This document shows, one piece after another, positions 21,515 to 33,600 of a DNA stretch of 64,000 nt. Under the pieces are notes generated by a model. It did not search any database and was not told where the DNA came from. It saw only the letters and a program-made list of their open reading frames with translations. Location: contig NW_013657661.1 of assembly GCF_000142905.1 (NCBI RefSeq), positions 62,001 through 126,000 on the forward strand, given 5' to 3'. How positions within the stretch are numbered: position 1 is the stretch's first letter; the number at the start of each line of letters is the position of its first letter. The translations under genes and the position numbers were made by a program. This stretch comes from Thecamonas trahens ATCC 50062. Taxonomy: Eukaryota > Protista > Apusomonadida.

Positions 21515-21616
21515 TCGTCGGTCGGTCGGTTGTCGGTCGGTCGCCGGTCGGTCGGTCGGTCGGTCGCCGGTCGGTCGGTCGGTCGCCGGTCGCCGGTCGG
21601 TCGGTCGGTCGCCGGT
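21515..21616. repeat. (GTCG)n / GTCGCCG microsatellite between divergent genes
   Basis: gtcggtcggtcg...cgccggtcggtcgg runs read directly. Confidence 0.85.
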
Positions 21617-21703
21617 TGGTGGCCGGTGTGCGGGCGGGTGAGAGACACTCGACGCCGGTGTAGGCGACCAGTAGCTTCCGCGCTTTGTGCTTGGCTGTTA
21701 GTT

Positions 21704-23054
21704 ATGGAGTTCGAGACGGCCATGGTAGCTGCGCAAGCCGCACACCGAACCCAGGTGGCAAGTCTTGAGGCCCAACTTGCCGACATGGCCCGGGCCTGTG
21801 AGTCTGCCCAGTCCGAGGCTGACCATGCCCGCACCGACCTTGCCGCACTGCAGTCCTCGCACATGGTACGCAGCACGAGAGGGATGACGTAGGGGTATGG
21901 GAGGGGGGAGGGGGGGGGGAGGGGGGGGGGGGATATGGGAGGATGGGAGCGGAGGTGAGTATGAGGCGCCTTCGGCGGTCGACGGGCAGGTGGTGACAGA
22001 CTCACGCCAATGGACAACACATGGTATCGGGCGGACGATGCGCGGGTGGCGGGGAGGGCAGCGTGTGGCCAAGGAACGCGAGGCGCTGGTGGCGGACAAC
22101 ACGGCGCTGGCGCAGCAAGTCCAGGCGCTGTCGGCAGAACTGCAGCGACTGCGCATGTTCAAGCGAGCGATCCTGTGCACGCTGAAGGAAGACGAGAGGG
22201 CCGATCCAGGGGTGGTCAGCCACGCCGCGGAGCTTTCGTCGCCACTGCCGTCGATTGCGGTGGCCGACAGCTACCTCCGGCCGTCGTCGCCACACCGCTC
22301 ACCACGCCGCTCGCCGCACCGCTCGCCGCACCGCTCGCCGCACCGCTCACCGCGCCGCTCGCCGTCGCCGCAGGTGCTTGACTCGCCCGCGCGCGGGATC
22401 GAGGCCGACGACGACGTCCGGCGTGACCTCTCGCCGCTGATGGACCGGCTGGCGGCCGAGGCCGAGGCACTCGACACGTCACTGGCCATGGGCAGCAGCA
22501 CGCGACCGGCGCCGCGGACTGGCGCACTCGACGCGCACCACTTGCTCATTGCGGAGATCGAGCAGTCGATCACCGACTCGCAGATCTCGTCGTCGCAGCT
22601 GCGGCGGTCGATCCGAGCCTCACGTGAGGCGCGTGACCCGACGGCCACATCGTGGATGCAGGCCGATGCTGACCCAGATCCGGCGGCGTCGGCTGCCGGT
22701 GCGGCACGCGCAGTCGAGCGCGCGCGATCGCGCTCGCGCTCGCTGACCCCTGCCCGTCACAACCAGTCGCCAGCTCTCTCGCGGTCGGCGCTCGACACCA
22801 CCACGGCGTCAGCAGCATCCGAGGTGGCCAGCGGCGTGCCCAAGCCGGGCTTTATGGCATCGGACGCCGGCAAGCTCTTTTTCCGCGAGGCCCGGCTCCG
22901 CCTCGACTACGAAGCCTTCAACTCGCTCCTCGAGGCCATCCGCGAGCTGACCAACCGCACCAAGACCCGGAATGAGACCCTAGTCTTTGCCTGGAACCTC
23001 TTTGGTCCCGACAGCGAGGATCTGTATGCCACCTTCAAGGCGCTCCTCGGGTAA
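21704..23054 (+). CDS. At4g15545-like coiled-coil protein; exons 21704-21865 and 22062-23054
   Basis: LQRLRMFKRAILCTL and C-terminal GKLFFREARLRLDYEAFNSLLEAIREL...LFGPDSEDLYATFKALL resemble the plant At4g15545 family; phase-0 GTACGC...ACTCAC...CAG intron; RSPH 12-bp repeats. Confidence 0.8.
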
Positions 23055-23150
23055 AACGGTGACCGTCACTGACCGCCACCCTCACTGAGTCATGCCCCTC
23101 CCCATCCCCCCATCACGCCTCGGTCACCACTTGTCGCCAATTTCGCGCCA

Positions 23151-24388
23151 ATGGCGACGGCAAGCAAGGCCAACGACGACAGGCAGATGGAGCTTGCAGA
23201 AGCAGCGTACCATGCAGCAGAGGACAACAATCACTCACGACGGGCAGAGACGGCCAAGGCTGCATACAAGGCCCACCGTGAGGCTCAGGACCTCTGTGCA
23301 GCCGACAAGTGGCTCTGTCGGGCGCTCTCGGCCATGGAATTTGCCGACGGCGTGGAGAGCGATGCCGAGTACGAGCAACTGCTCCGCGAGGCATGCGAGA
23401 TCAAGTGCCAGCTGCAGCAGCCCAACATGGCCCGCATCCTTCTAGAGCAACTGCTGCGAGTCGAGGACATCCGCGGCTCGTGCCCGCATGCCTCGTACCT
23501 TCCGCTCGCTCGCATTCGCGCAAACATCGGCCGCCACGCTGACGCCGTCGACCTGCTCGACCGCGCTCTGGCAGAGCTCGAGCCGCTCGTTGCCGCAGGC
23601 TCGTCCCCGCCGCAGGCTCTAGTGGAGCTCCTCTGCACCCGCGCCGTTGTCAACGGCAAACTCGGCGATGTTGATGCCGGCCTCGCCGACATCTCCCGTG
23701 CCAAAGCCCTTGTCCCGTCCGGGCCGCCCATGTTTAACGTCCTTGACGCCGCTGGGCGCATGTACGCCGCCGCCGGGCTCATAGACGAAGCGGTCGCCCA
23801 GATGGATGTTCTTATTGCTGGTCTCAACCAGGCTCGCTCTATGGGCGTCCTAGCCGCTCTCGCTACATCGGCCAGCTTCCTCGCCGAGGTCGGCCGCGCC
23901 TCGGCCCTCATCCTTCGCCAGCTCGTGTATATGGAGCATATGGAGCAACTGCTCGGCCCAACACATCCGGTCCTCGAAGATCTGCGCAGCATGGAGCGGG
24001 TTCCGCCTCGCGGTCGCGCCGCAAGCCCGACGCCTCGGACGCCTCGGACGCCTCGGACACCTCGGACGTCTCGGACGCCTCGGACACCTCGTGCACCTCG
24101 TCCGGCACGGGCTCCGGCTCAGACTCGGACGATGCCCATGGCAACAGCAGCAGTAGTAGATGTGCCCCGTCGACCCTGCCGCCCGGCGATGACGCTTCGC
24201 TCGAGCCGTCCGCCGATCACGCCAACATCCTGGCCCGCATCCACGCCGCCGCCGCCGCCGCCGACGCGCTCGTCCGCGCTGCAGAGGCTACATCGCCTGG
24301 CTCGCCCAGTTCGCCGCGTGCCGACCAACTCGGCACCCGCATCTACGGCCGTCCGATGCAATTTAAGCCCAGCGTCACGAGCCCGTGA
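23151..24388 (+). CDS. TPR-like helical repeat protein; frame break at ~23996; true stop probably TGA 24386-24388
   Basis: TPR-like LARIRANIGRHADAVDLL, RAVVNGKLGDVDAGLADI, AGRMYAAAGLIDEAV; the -1 frame (RKPDASDASD...KPSVTSP*) has normal codon use and ends just before the convergent gene. Confidence 0.7.
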
Positions 24389-24407
24389 ACGCGGTCGCGA
24401 GCGCTCG

Positions 24408-26994
24408 CTAGAGCGCGTCGTCGCTGGCATAGCGGCGAATGTCAAAGCCACCGTTCTTTTCGAACCGTGCGTACGCCTCGGCGGCGCCGTCGCAGTGCTC
24501 GAGCTGCCCGACAATGCCATTGAGGACAGAGACTGTAAACTTGGACCAGAACTTGGACCGCCGCTTTCGGGTGAGGACAGACGAGACCATGGCCTTGTGG
24601 ACAGCGTGGTGGGGATTGGAGGCAGCGGCCGGCGCGGTCGCAGCTGTCCCGCTTGCCGTGCTGGGAGCAGTTCCGCCCACGCCCGGCGCCGCGTTCCCGT
24701 TCAGCAGCCGCGCCCGTTTCGATGCTGCCGCCGACGCGGCCTCCAAGCGGTCTTCGCGCTCGCGTTCGCGCTTGCGGCGGGAGCGCTCGGCCTGCTCGTC
24801 GGCATAGTCGAGGTGGTAGCGCGAGTTCCACGTCGACCGCAGCTCGGCCTTGAGTGCATACACTTGCCGTGCCAGATCGAGGACCGCCCCGCCGAGCGAC
24901 TTGTAGTACTCGGTGTGCGACGCGAGGTCGTCGCGTAGCATGTTCTTGAGCTGGGTAGAGAACTTGGTCATGTGCGTCGTCACTTCTTCTGACGACAGGA
25001 AGTTACGGGTGTAGGCGACGGCCTCAAAGGCTGGCGGCGCCGATCGTTTCTTGCGGCGGGCCGCCACCTCCCTTTGCCGCAGCGAGAAAGGGTACGGCAC
25101 CGTGTCAGTCGGCCGCTCCGACGGCCGCAGCACCTGGAGCAGCGCCTCGGTCTCGCCGCCATACGGCAGCTTGGCCGAGAGCACCGAGTCGCCGGCCTTG
25201 ATCAGCCGCACGTCGCGGGTGTAGTCTTGCTCGTCTTTGAGTGCTCGCCGCTTGAGCTCGGCAGCGGCGGCGCGTGGCCGCTTCGACGGCGCGTGCTGTG
25301 GCAGCGGGAGGCCGCCAATGTGCGGCTGGCTGAACCCTACGCCAGCAGCGGGCTTGGCCAGCACCGGCGGCGTGTTGTCGTTCGACGACCGCGTCGTCAT
25401 CACTGTCGGCGACGGGAGGAACTGCGGGAGTGTCACCTGCTCCACCTCCCACGCCTGCCCGTACACCGCGTCCGCCGACCACACTCCCGACTGTAGCAGG
25501 AAGAGGCACGCCGCACACCCGATCCCAGTCGAGTGCACGTGCTCCTTGTGCGCCGCCGCCGACCTCGCGTGGTTCGCCATGGCGTCGTCATACAGAGGCG
25601 ACGACGAGAGAATGAGTGGCCGCCAGGTGCACCCCTCGTGTGGGCACTCGTTGAGCCGCCGCGTCGTTGACACCCGCTTGGTTGTGCTGTCGACCTGAAG
25701 CCCGGCAGCCTCCGGCCGCGGCACCGCGTTGCCCATCCGCCGCAGATGCTCCTTGAGCAGGTTCGACGTCGGAATCGCCGGGCCGTTCGGGCCCGAGCTC
25801 GACGGTGGCGTGACCGGCGCCGAAAACGCGGTCAGGTCGCCGCTCGATCCACGCTCGGGGCTGCCGGTCATCGCCTGTGGCGGAACAATGGAGACACGAG
25901 AACGGGCCGCGCTCGCGCCGTTGCGCCCGCGCCCGCTGCCGCGCGACGCGCTTCGTGATGCGCTCCGCGACGCCGATCCGCGCCTTGGTGCCGAACGCGC
26001 CCGCGCAATGTCGGACGCGCCCCACTCGCCTGACGCTGTCAGCTTGGCGCAGAACGAGCACTCGCCCGACTCGCCCGAGTCGATGTGCTCGAGATGGACC
26101 GCCACGCAATGTCGGTGTTTGCGCGCCGACTTGCGCCGGTCCCGCGGCGTCGCCGCCGTCGACCGCCACTCGCACCCCGTGTGCGAGCAGAGCCCAGCCC
26201 GCCCCGCCGAGTCGGTCGAGCTGTCTCCTGCTGGCGCGCCCGTGCCATTGCTCTGCGACCTGGCAGTCTTTCCACTCGACGCCGCCGCCTCATCATCATC
26301 GGCATCGGCGCTCCCGCTCGCATGCTCGCGCGCCTCGTGCGCTCTAAGTGCCGCTATCCGCTCCTCGTACGTGCCCTCAATCTGATCGGCCGCCGTGTAT
26401 GAGCAGCGGCTCTGCTGGCACGCGTACTCGCTTCTGCACCCGCACCGCCAGTCGCCGCACCGCGCATGTGAGTGAGGGAAGTGAGCCGGGCTCTGCCGTG
26501 ACATCCTAAAAGTTTCTCAATTCCGCCGAGGCAATTCCCGCTCCTCGTAACGCCACGCGCGACCGGGACGCGCCACACCAGCATGCTACCCACCCGCTTG
26601 CGAGCGGTACAGCTCAGTGCGAGCGTTGCAGACTGCGGGCATGGGTACACCACTCGCAGGACTGGGCATAACCGTAGTCGGTATGGTGCTGCCCCTGCCA
26701 ACACCCCCAACCAGACCCCCCTTCCCTCCGCCACAACCCCCCCCTCCCTCCCCTGCCCCCCCTCACCCGCCCCGCTCGGCTCTACCGGACGTACTGGGAG
26801 ACAGAGCGTAGCAGACGACGACCAGTAGAGTCGTCGAGTCGACGAGTACCTGCGGCAAGTGCAGCGGTACAGGCAGGGCATTTGGGATTGAACGGCTCGT
26901 TGAGGTGGCTGGTACACTGCCCACCCCGTCGTCCTCCCCGGCTGTGCTTCACCTCGCAACCAAGGTGACGGCACGATGCTGCTGTCTTTGACAT
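24408..26994 (-). CDS. Hypothetical nuclear protein with repeated C-x4-C...H...CxxC modules; exons 26994-26795 and 26433-24408
   Basis: GTACGT...ACTCAC...CAG intron joins in phase (VSQ-SEYAC); modules CRHLGC, CQQSRC, CSHTGC, CPHEGC; basic NLS-like stretches. Confidence 0.7.
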
Positions 26995-27435
26995 TTTGTC
27001 GAAGGACGACGACAGAGCGACGAGTGTATCACCGCGAAAGGAACACCACTTTTTTTTGTCGCTATCACTGATTGCTGCCGACACCGGGGGAAAAAAATAT
27101 AGAATGAAATGGACCGAGAGACAATATTGGTATTGCCGTGAGCAATGCTCGAGCAATGGATACCTGTACCGTGCACACTGGCTCCCCAACTCTTCCTTGC
27201 AATCCCCAATATACCCCCCTCCCTCCTTCATAGGTTATACTCGTGTGTTTAGCTGGTATGTGCTACACCTGCTCCCATCCATCCTCCACCACACGAACTG
27301 TGGTGGTCGACCAATCGCCGGCGTGGCCATGGCGTCGCGCTCAACAGAGCTGCTCACCCTGCGACCAGACGGCACACCACCTCACGCGCCGCCGCAGAGC
27401 TCGACTGGCGACGGCGAGCTGGCGCAAAGGTGTCC

Positions 27436-27984
27436 ATGGAGCCAGTAGGGGCGACAGAGTCGCGGGCGGATGACGAATGGCTGCCGTTCGAGAGCAAGCC
27501 GGCGTACACGGTCGACGCGGCGGTGCTGTGGCTGGCGCCGGTGGTGCTCCCGCTGCTTGCGCTGGCATTCGTTCCGGTCGGTGGCTTTCATACACGTTGG
27601 ATCTGCTGCGCTGCGGCCATGGCCGGTGCTGCGTATGCTCTGGCAACCACTCCGACCCGCATCTGCGTCGATCACAAGGCTGTGGTCATTGTCTGCCCGC
27701 TCTTCCGCTACCGCATCTCCATCGCCCGCATCACCTACCTCCGTCCCGCAGGCGTCCTCGACGCCCTTCTCCTCCCCGGGCCACGTTTCTCCACCTCGTT
27801 CTCTCGCCGCTTGATCGAGATCTGCTGCCGCGCCGCCAGCCACAACGTTCTTGTCGCACCCCGCGATGCCTATGGCTTCTACTGCGCTGTCGCCGAGGCC
27901 CAGCGGCTTGCCCATCCCACTACCTCGCCCCATCCTGGCCACGGCATCGCCTCAACACTACCCCACTCGCTCGCCTGCGCATAG
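27436..27984 (+). CDS. Small membrane protein with two TM segments and a bacterial-PH (bPH)-like C-terminal domain
   Basis: Two hydrophobic helices, then RICVDHKAVVI...FRYRISIARI...VLVAPRDAYGF, resembling bPH domains. Confidence 0.55.
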   Translation: MEPVGATESRADDEWLPFESKPAYTVDAAVLWLAPVVLPLLALAFVPVGGFHTRWICCAAAMAGAAYALATTPTRICVDHKAVVIVCPLFRYRISIARITYLRPAGVLDALLLPGPRFSTSFSRRLIEICCRAASHNVLVAPRDAYGFYCAVAEAQRLAHPTTSPHPGHGIASTLPHSLACA

Positions 27985-28133
27985 CCTCTACGCACATCGA
28001 TCCTGCACCACATCGATCTCCCGTCTGCAACTTCCGTAAACCCACACATGCACATGCACATGCCACTCTCCCCCGCCCCCGCCCCCGCCCCGCCCACCCC
28101 CGCATACCACCCCACCCCTCCCCCACCCTCGCC

Positions 28134-30622
28134 ATGGTCACCTACGTCTCGACCCGCGGTCAGGCCCCGGCTGTGGACTTTGCTACGGCGGTACTGGCTG
28201 GTCAAGCGCCCGACGGTGGCCTCTACGTTCCGTCGAGCCTTCCGCACCTCTCGCTCCCGCGCCTGGCATCGCTCATCGATGCCGACTATGCGGCACTCGC
28301 CGCAGCAGTCATGGCGCCCTTTGTGGGCGACTCGCTGACGACCGAAGAGCTCGACGCTGTCCTTCGTTCTGCCTTTGCTGCACCTGATCGGTTCGATACG
28401 TCCGATGTGGCTCCGCTGGCCTCACTTGCTTCGCATCCCGACACCTCCATCCTCGAGCTCTGGCACGGGCCCTCGCTCGCCTTCAAGGACATGGCCATCG
28501 GCGTCCTTGCTCGCCTCCTCGCCATCTTTGCCGCTCGTGCCCCGGGGCCCAAGCCTACCAACATTGTTGTCGCCACTTCGGGTGATACCGGGCCGGCTGC
28601 TGTCGCCGCAGCCGCAGGCATCGATCCTGCTCTCCTCCACCTCTGGGTCCTCTTCCCGCACAACCGCGTCTCGCGCGAGCAGGCCGCACAGATGCAGTGC
28701 GAGCTCCCACCCAACGTCACCGTTCTCGAAGTCGCCAACTCGGACTCGGACTCGCTCGACACTATTCTCGACGATGTCTTCAACGACAAGGCTCTCGCCA
28801 AGGACGTCTCGCTCGGCTCGCTCAACTCCATCAACGTCGCCCGCGTCCTCCTCCAGTCTGTCCACTACATCTACGCCTTCCTCGCCCACATCCGCGCCCG
28901 CGCTGGGCCCGGACCGCACTCGTCCTCCGCCCTCTGCAGCCTCATGCTTGCCCACCCGATCCGGTTTGCTGTTCCCACTGGCGCTTGTGGTGACATGGTC
29001 GGCGGCCTCTACGCCGCCGCCATGGGCCTCCCAGTCTCCGAGTTTGTCATCGCCACCAACGCCAACGCCATTGTCGCCGACACCCTCACTCACGCACGCC
29101 TCGTCCCGCCGCCGCCAGTCGTCCCTACTCTCTCCAACGCCATCGACATCCTCGTTCCCTACAACCTCTGGCGCTTCCTCTACCACACCGCAGCCGCAGA
29201 GTGCCCGACCACACTCTCGGCGTGGATCGATGCCTTTCGCAGCGGCGCCACCGTCACCCTTCCTCCGCTCGCCGCATGGGGCACTCCCGCGCCGTTCCGT
29301 GCCACCTCGATCTCCGACGCCACCACCCTCGCCACCATTGCTGCCACCTACGCTGCCGACAGCTATCTCCTCGACCCGCACTCGGCGGTCGCGCTCGCCG
29401 GCTCTGTCGCCATCCCACCGCCGTCCGCCGGCCAGCTCCACACCATCTGTCTCGCCACTGCCCATCCCGCCAAATTTGTCGACGTCGTCCACGCTGCCCT
29501 CCCGCTTGTCGACGCGCCTGCCGGCATCGCTCATCCTTCCATGGACGCCGCTCTTGCCGCCACTGCCAACCACGCCGTCCAGCTCCCATCCGTCGCCGCT
29601 GCCAATGCCTACCTCCGCCGCGCCATGCTCGAGCTTACATCCTCACACGCTCCACCTGCCCGCGACGTCCACATCGCCTCGCCTGATGACATTGCCGCCG
29701 CCGTCTCGTGGGCCGACGCCCTCGCCGCTGCCCGCCTCGCCTTCTCCGCCTCGCCGGACGACATTGTCGGGCCCATGCCCATGGCCTTTGACTTTGCCGA
29801 TGCCTGCGGTGAGAGCCATGTCAAAGGTGCCCATATCGGCGGCTCGTCCATCTTTGCACTCAAAGTCGCCTCGTCCTTCTACAAGGCCTCGCCGTCTGGA
29901 TCCGGCCTTGTCCTCGTCTTCTCTGCCACAAACGGCGCTCCGCTCGCTGTCCTCCTCGACAACGCCCGCCTCACAGACATGCGCACCGCCGCAGCGGGCA
30001 CACTCGCCATCACCACGCTCCGTCCAGGGCCTATCACCAAGCTCGCCATCCTCGGCGCAGGCATCCAGGCCAGCAAGCAGCTCGCCTCGCTTGCCGCAGC
30101 AGTCGAAATCCGCTCTGTCACACTTTGGGCCCGTCGCCCGCCGCCGCCGCCGCCGCCGTCGATCACATGTCCTCGCACCATCCGCACCTTGCAATCTCTG
30201 CCGCGCCGTCCATCAAGGACGCGCTCGCTGCCGCAGACGTCGTCATCACTGCCACGCCGGCCTCGAACCCGCTAATTGCTTCACCCGATTGGCTCGCGCC
30301 GTCCGCGCTTGTTGTTGCTGTCGGCTCAGACTCGCCGCACAAGCAAGAACTTGACGCCTCGGTCCTCCACGCCGCCCTCAGTGCGGGTGGCGCCGTCATC
30401 GTCGACTCGATCGAGCAGACAGCCGCGTTCGGTGAGCTCCGCTCTATCGCTCACGTTCTTCCTCACCCTGGCGTCTTTACCCTCGGCGACATTGTCCGCG
30501 GCACGGCCCTTCCACCGCCGGCTTCTGCACTCACCATCGTTGACCTCACCGGCATGGGTGTCCAGGACGCTGCTCTTGCCGAAATTGTCTACAATCGCCT
30601 CGCCTCGCCGTCGCGCCTCTAG
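28134..30622 (+). CDS. Threonine synthase-like (THNSL2-type) PLP enzyme fused to an ornithine cyclodeaminase/mu-crystallin domain; frame break at 30137-30139
   Basis: YVSTRG, APDGGLYVP, ELWHGPSLAFKD, ATSGDTG, NSINVAR, LATAHPAKF, then in the same frame LTDMRTAAAG and ILGAGIQA; after the break DVVITATP, AVGSD, DLTGMGVQD. Confidence 0.9.
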
Positions 30623-30637
30623 ATGCCATCGCCAACG

Positions 30638-33600
30638 CTACCGTCGCCGCCTCCGCCGCGCAGGTGGCTTGACCGGCGGCAGCGGACGGACGGCAGCCTT
30701 GGGCTCCGCCTCCGCCTCCGAGTCCGAGTCCGAGTCCGACACCGAGACTTGCGTCAACGAGATCTCGTCGTCATCAACATGCCGCCGTGCGACCTTCCGC
30801 TGACTCGCGCTTGGTCGCGCCGAGCCTGTCGAACTTGTTGTTGACGTCCGCCGATGCTGGCCCCGCCGCGCCGTTACAACAGGCGCCAGCGGCTTGACAG
30901 GAAACGCTCGTGAGAGGCCCCAGTGGAACGGTTCGGGCGTTGTGATCACATTGACCGCGTGCAACAGGCCGCGCGGACGCCGCTCGCGCCGCTTTGTCGT
31001 CATCCGCTCCACTACCATCGCCTTTTGCTGTAGGAGTTGCGTGTGCAGCCGCGCCGTCCGTCGCTCGGCCTTGAGCAGCGCCGCCTTCTCTTTGCGAATC
31101 CGATGAAAGTCGTCCAGCGCCCGCCGCCGCGCCTGTGCCTCCCACGATCCCCCGCGCGCCGCAGCCTCGCGCAGCCTTGCCCCCCACTTGGCCTCCACCT
31201 CTGTCAGCGCCGCTTCCGTCGCTCGCACGTTGTCGCGGACGGCGCCGGTGGCAAACGCCGGCAGCTTGCCCTCATCGCCCACGTCAAACGCGCTTGACAG
31301 TGACGACCGCGAGACCACAGACTGCTGGTCCATTGGTGCCCGCGATGGAAACGACTCGCGGATGTACGCCGAGAAAGGGGCACTTTGCAACGGGCCACGC
31401 CTGCGCCCGCGTCCGCCTCCGCGTCCGCCTCCGCGCCCACCTCCGCGCCCGCGTCCGCGCCCACCTCCGCGCCCGTTTGCTATCGCCGGCCAGGCGACCC
31501 CCGCGAAACCGGTGACATCGGAACGTTGGTCGTCCTCGGCGACTCGGTCACGACTTGCTCGGGCTCAGCCAGCGCGGGTGGCTCCGGATCGACCTCCAGT
31601 TGGATAACCGTCCGTCCGCGCGTGGAACGCCGCGGAGCCACTGGCGCTCCGCGCGTGGAACGCCGCGGAGCCACTGGCGCTGGTTTTTCTGGCTCTACTG
31701 GTGCCGTACTACCACTGGGCTCGTCGACTAGCTCGTCGAGCTTGGGCCCTGACTTGGAGAGCGACGACGATCGCTTGCGCGCGTGGTGGACACCTCGGTC
31801 GCAATGGTGATGTTGGCAAACGCCCGCGAGGTCGGCGGCCCACCCAGATCCGGTGATGACGCTCCGCCACCTCTTGGACTCGCCAGTTCTTGCAAGCTCT
31901 CACTTGGTGATACAAGATCAAATGATGAGCCCGTCCGCGACAGCAGCGGTGGTCCGGCCGCTCCCTCGCCGCTCATGTCGTCCGCCAAGTTTCCAGAACC
32001 GAGACTCTGCTCAAACATCGACGACATAGAGCTAGTCAGATCCGCTTCGCATGTCGTTCGCACATCTGTCAGCGGCAGCTCCAGCTCCTCGCCGTCAACA
32101 TCGAGCTTGATCTTGACCTGGATGGTCTTGCTCACTGCCGTCACCTCGTCCCGAGCCGCGCCTGCAAGTGCCGCCTGCGCCGACCGCGGCACCGCGAGCA
32201 CCTCAGCCCCGGTCCACGAGCCATCTGTAAAGACTATGACATGGTCACCAACGCCAGGCAAGCCAAGCTTGGCCCGGAGCTCGGCCTGTGCCGCCTCAGC
32301 CGCCGCCACCGCGTCATCGGCCCGGTTCATCCTCCGAATCTCGTCGAGACCCATCGTTTCGTCGTCAGCATACCCGTCAAAGATGACCACTACCACACGG
32401 TTCCCGCTCGCTGCCATCTTGACCTGCTGCACCGTCGCGGGTACCAGTCGCCGTTAAAGTAGCACTCAACCCGTCCGCCAGGCGCCGGCCATACGTTCAT
32501 CGGCACGCGCACGTCGTCCATGCCAAACACGCCCTCGCCGCTCCCATCCTCGAACTTCACCCACACCCGTGCCCCGCCCTCAGCGTCTTTCCGTTGCTCC
32601 ACGGCCGCAGACACCCACTGTCCTGGCTCGGTCTGCACCTCGGCCACGTCGCCCGGCTGCGGCCAAGCCAGGCGGCTCTTGCGCGGCCGCCGCAAAGCGT
32701 CTCGCTCGACCTTGACCGCCCTGTCCTCGTCCTCGCCCTCGCCATCGCCGACCGAAACAAGCACTCGCCCATCATCGCGGTCCGACTCGACCACCACTCC
32801 GCCCACCCACTTGCCATCAATCTGGACGTCTACGGCATCGGCAACAGCTGGCCACTCGACCTCGGCATCAATAGTGGCGTCGAATCCGCTCTCGGTCTCG
32901 TCCTCGTCCTCGTCCTCGCCCTTGCCCTCTCCCTCGGCTTCAACCTCGGCCTCGAACCCAATAAGACCCCCGGCCTCGGCCTTCTGCCAGCCATCTGCTC
33001 CCTCTCCAGTTGGACAATCAGCGGATCCAGCTTCGCTCCGTGGCGACGCCATGCGGCTGAACACGTCTTCAGTGTGCTCATTGCTGGCCTCGTCTGAGCT
33101 CCTCTCTGCGAGCTTGTCGTCCAGTGCCAGACCAAGAGCCGCAACCAGTGCCTCTGCGCTCTCAACCTCGCCTGTCTCAATCTCGGCCTCGGCCATGCCG
33201 CCATCCTTGTCCTCGCCATCAACGTCGACGTCAACGTCGGCATCGACTTGGGCATCGATCATTGCCTCGGTCCTGGTCCCAACCTCACAATCGTCCTCGG
33301 CCTGACCGACACCAATCACGTCAGCAACATCATCTTCTGCAATCGACGACATCGATCCTGGCTCCTTCCTGTCCTTGCCCTTGCCCTTACCCTTGCCCTT
33401 GGCACTTGGCTCCGGCCTCCGTAACTCCTCAACCGAGTACACGTGGTCCTCGTCTGGATAGCCGTCGAAAATGACTGCAACGCGGCGGGCGTCGACAAAG
33501 CCAAAGACCCGTGCTGGCCACCATGCATCGTCCATGTACGCCTCGACCGACGAGTGGAGCTTGGGCCAGGCCTTGGCCAGCGCGTCGGAGAGCGGGCGGA

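Noticed and set aside
24389-24938. Apparent 530-bp antisense overlap between the TPR ORF and the Cys/His-module gene
   Set aside because: The overlap disappears once the single-base break at ~23996 is repaired (stop at 24388)
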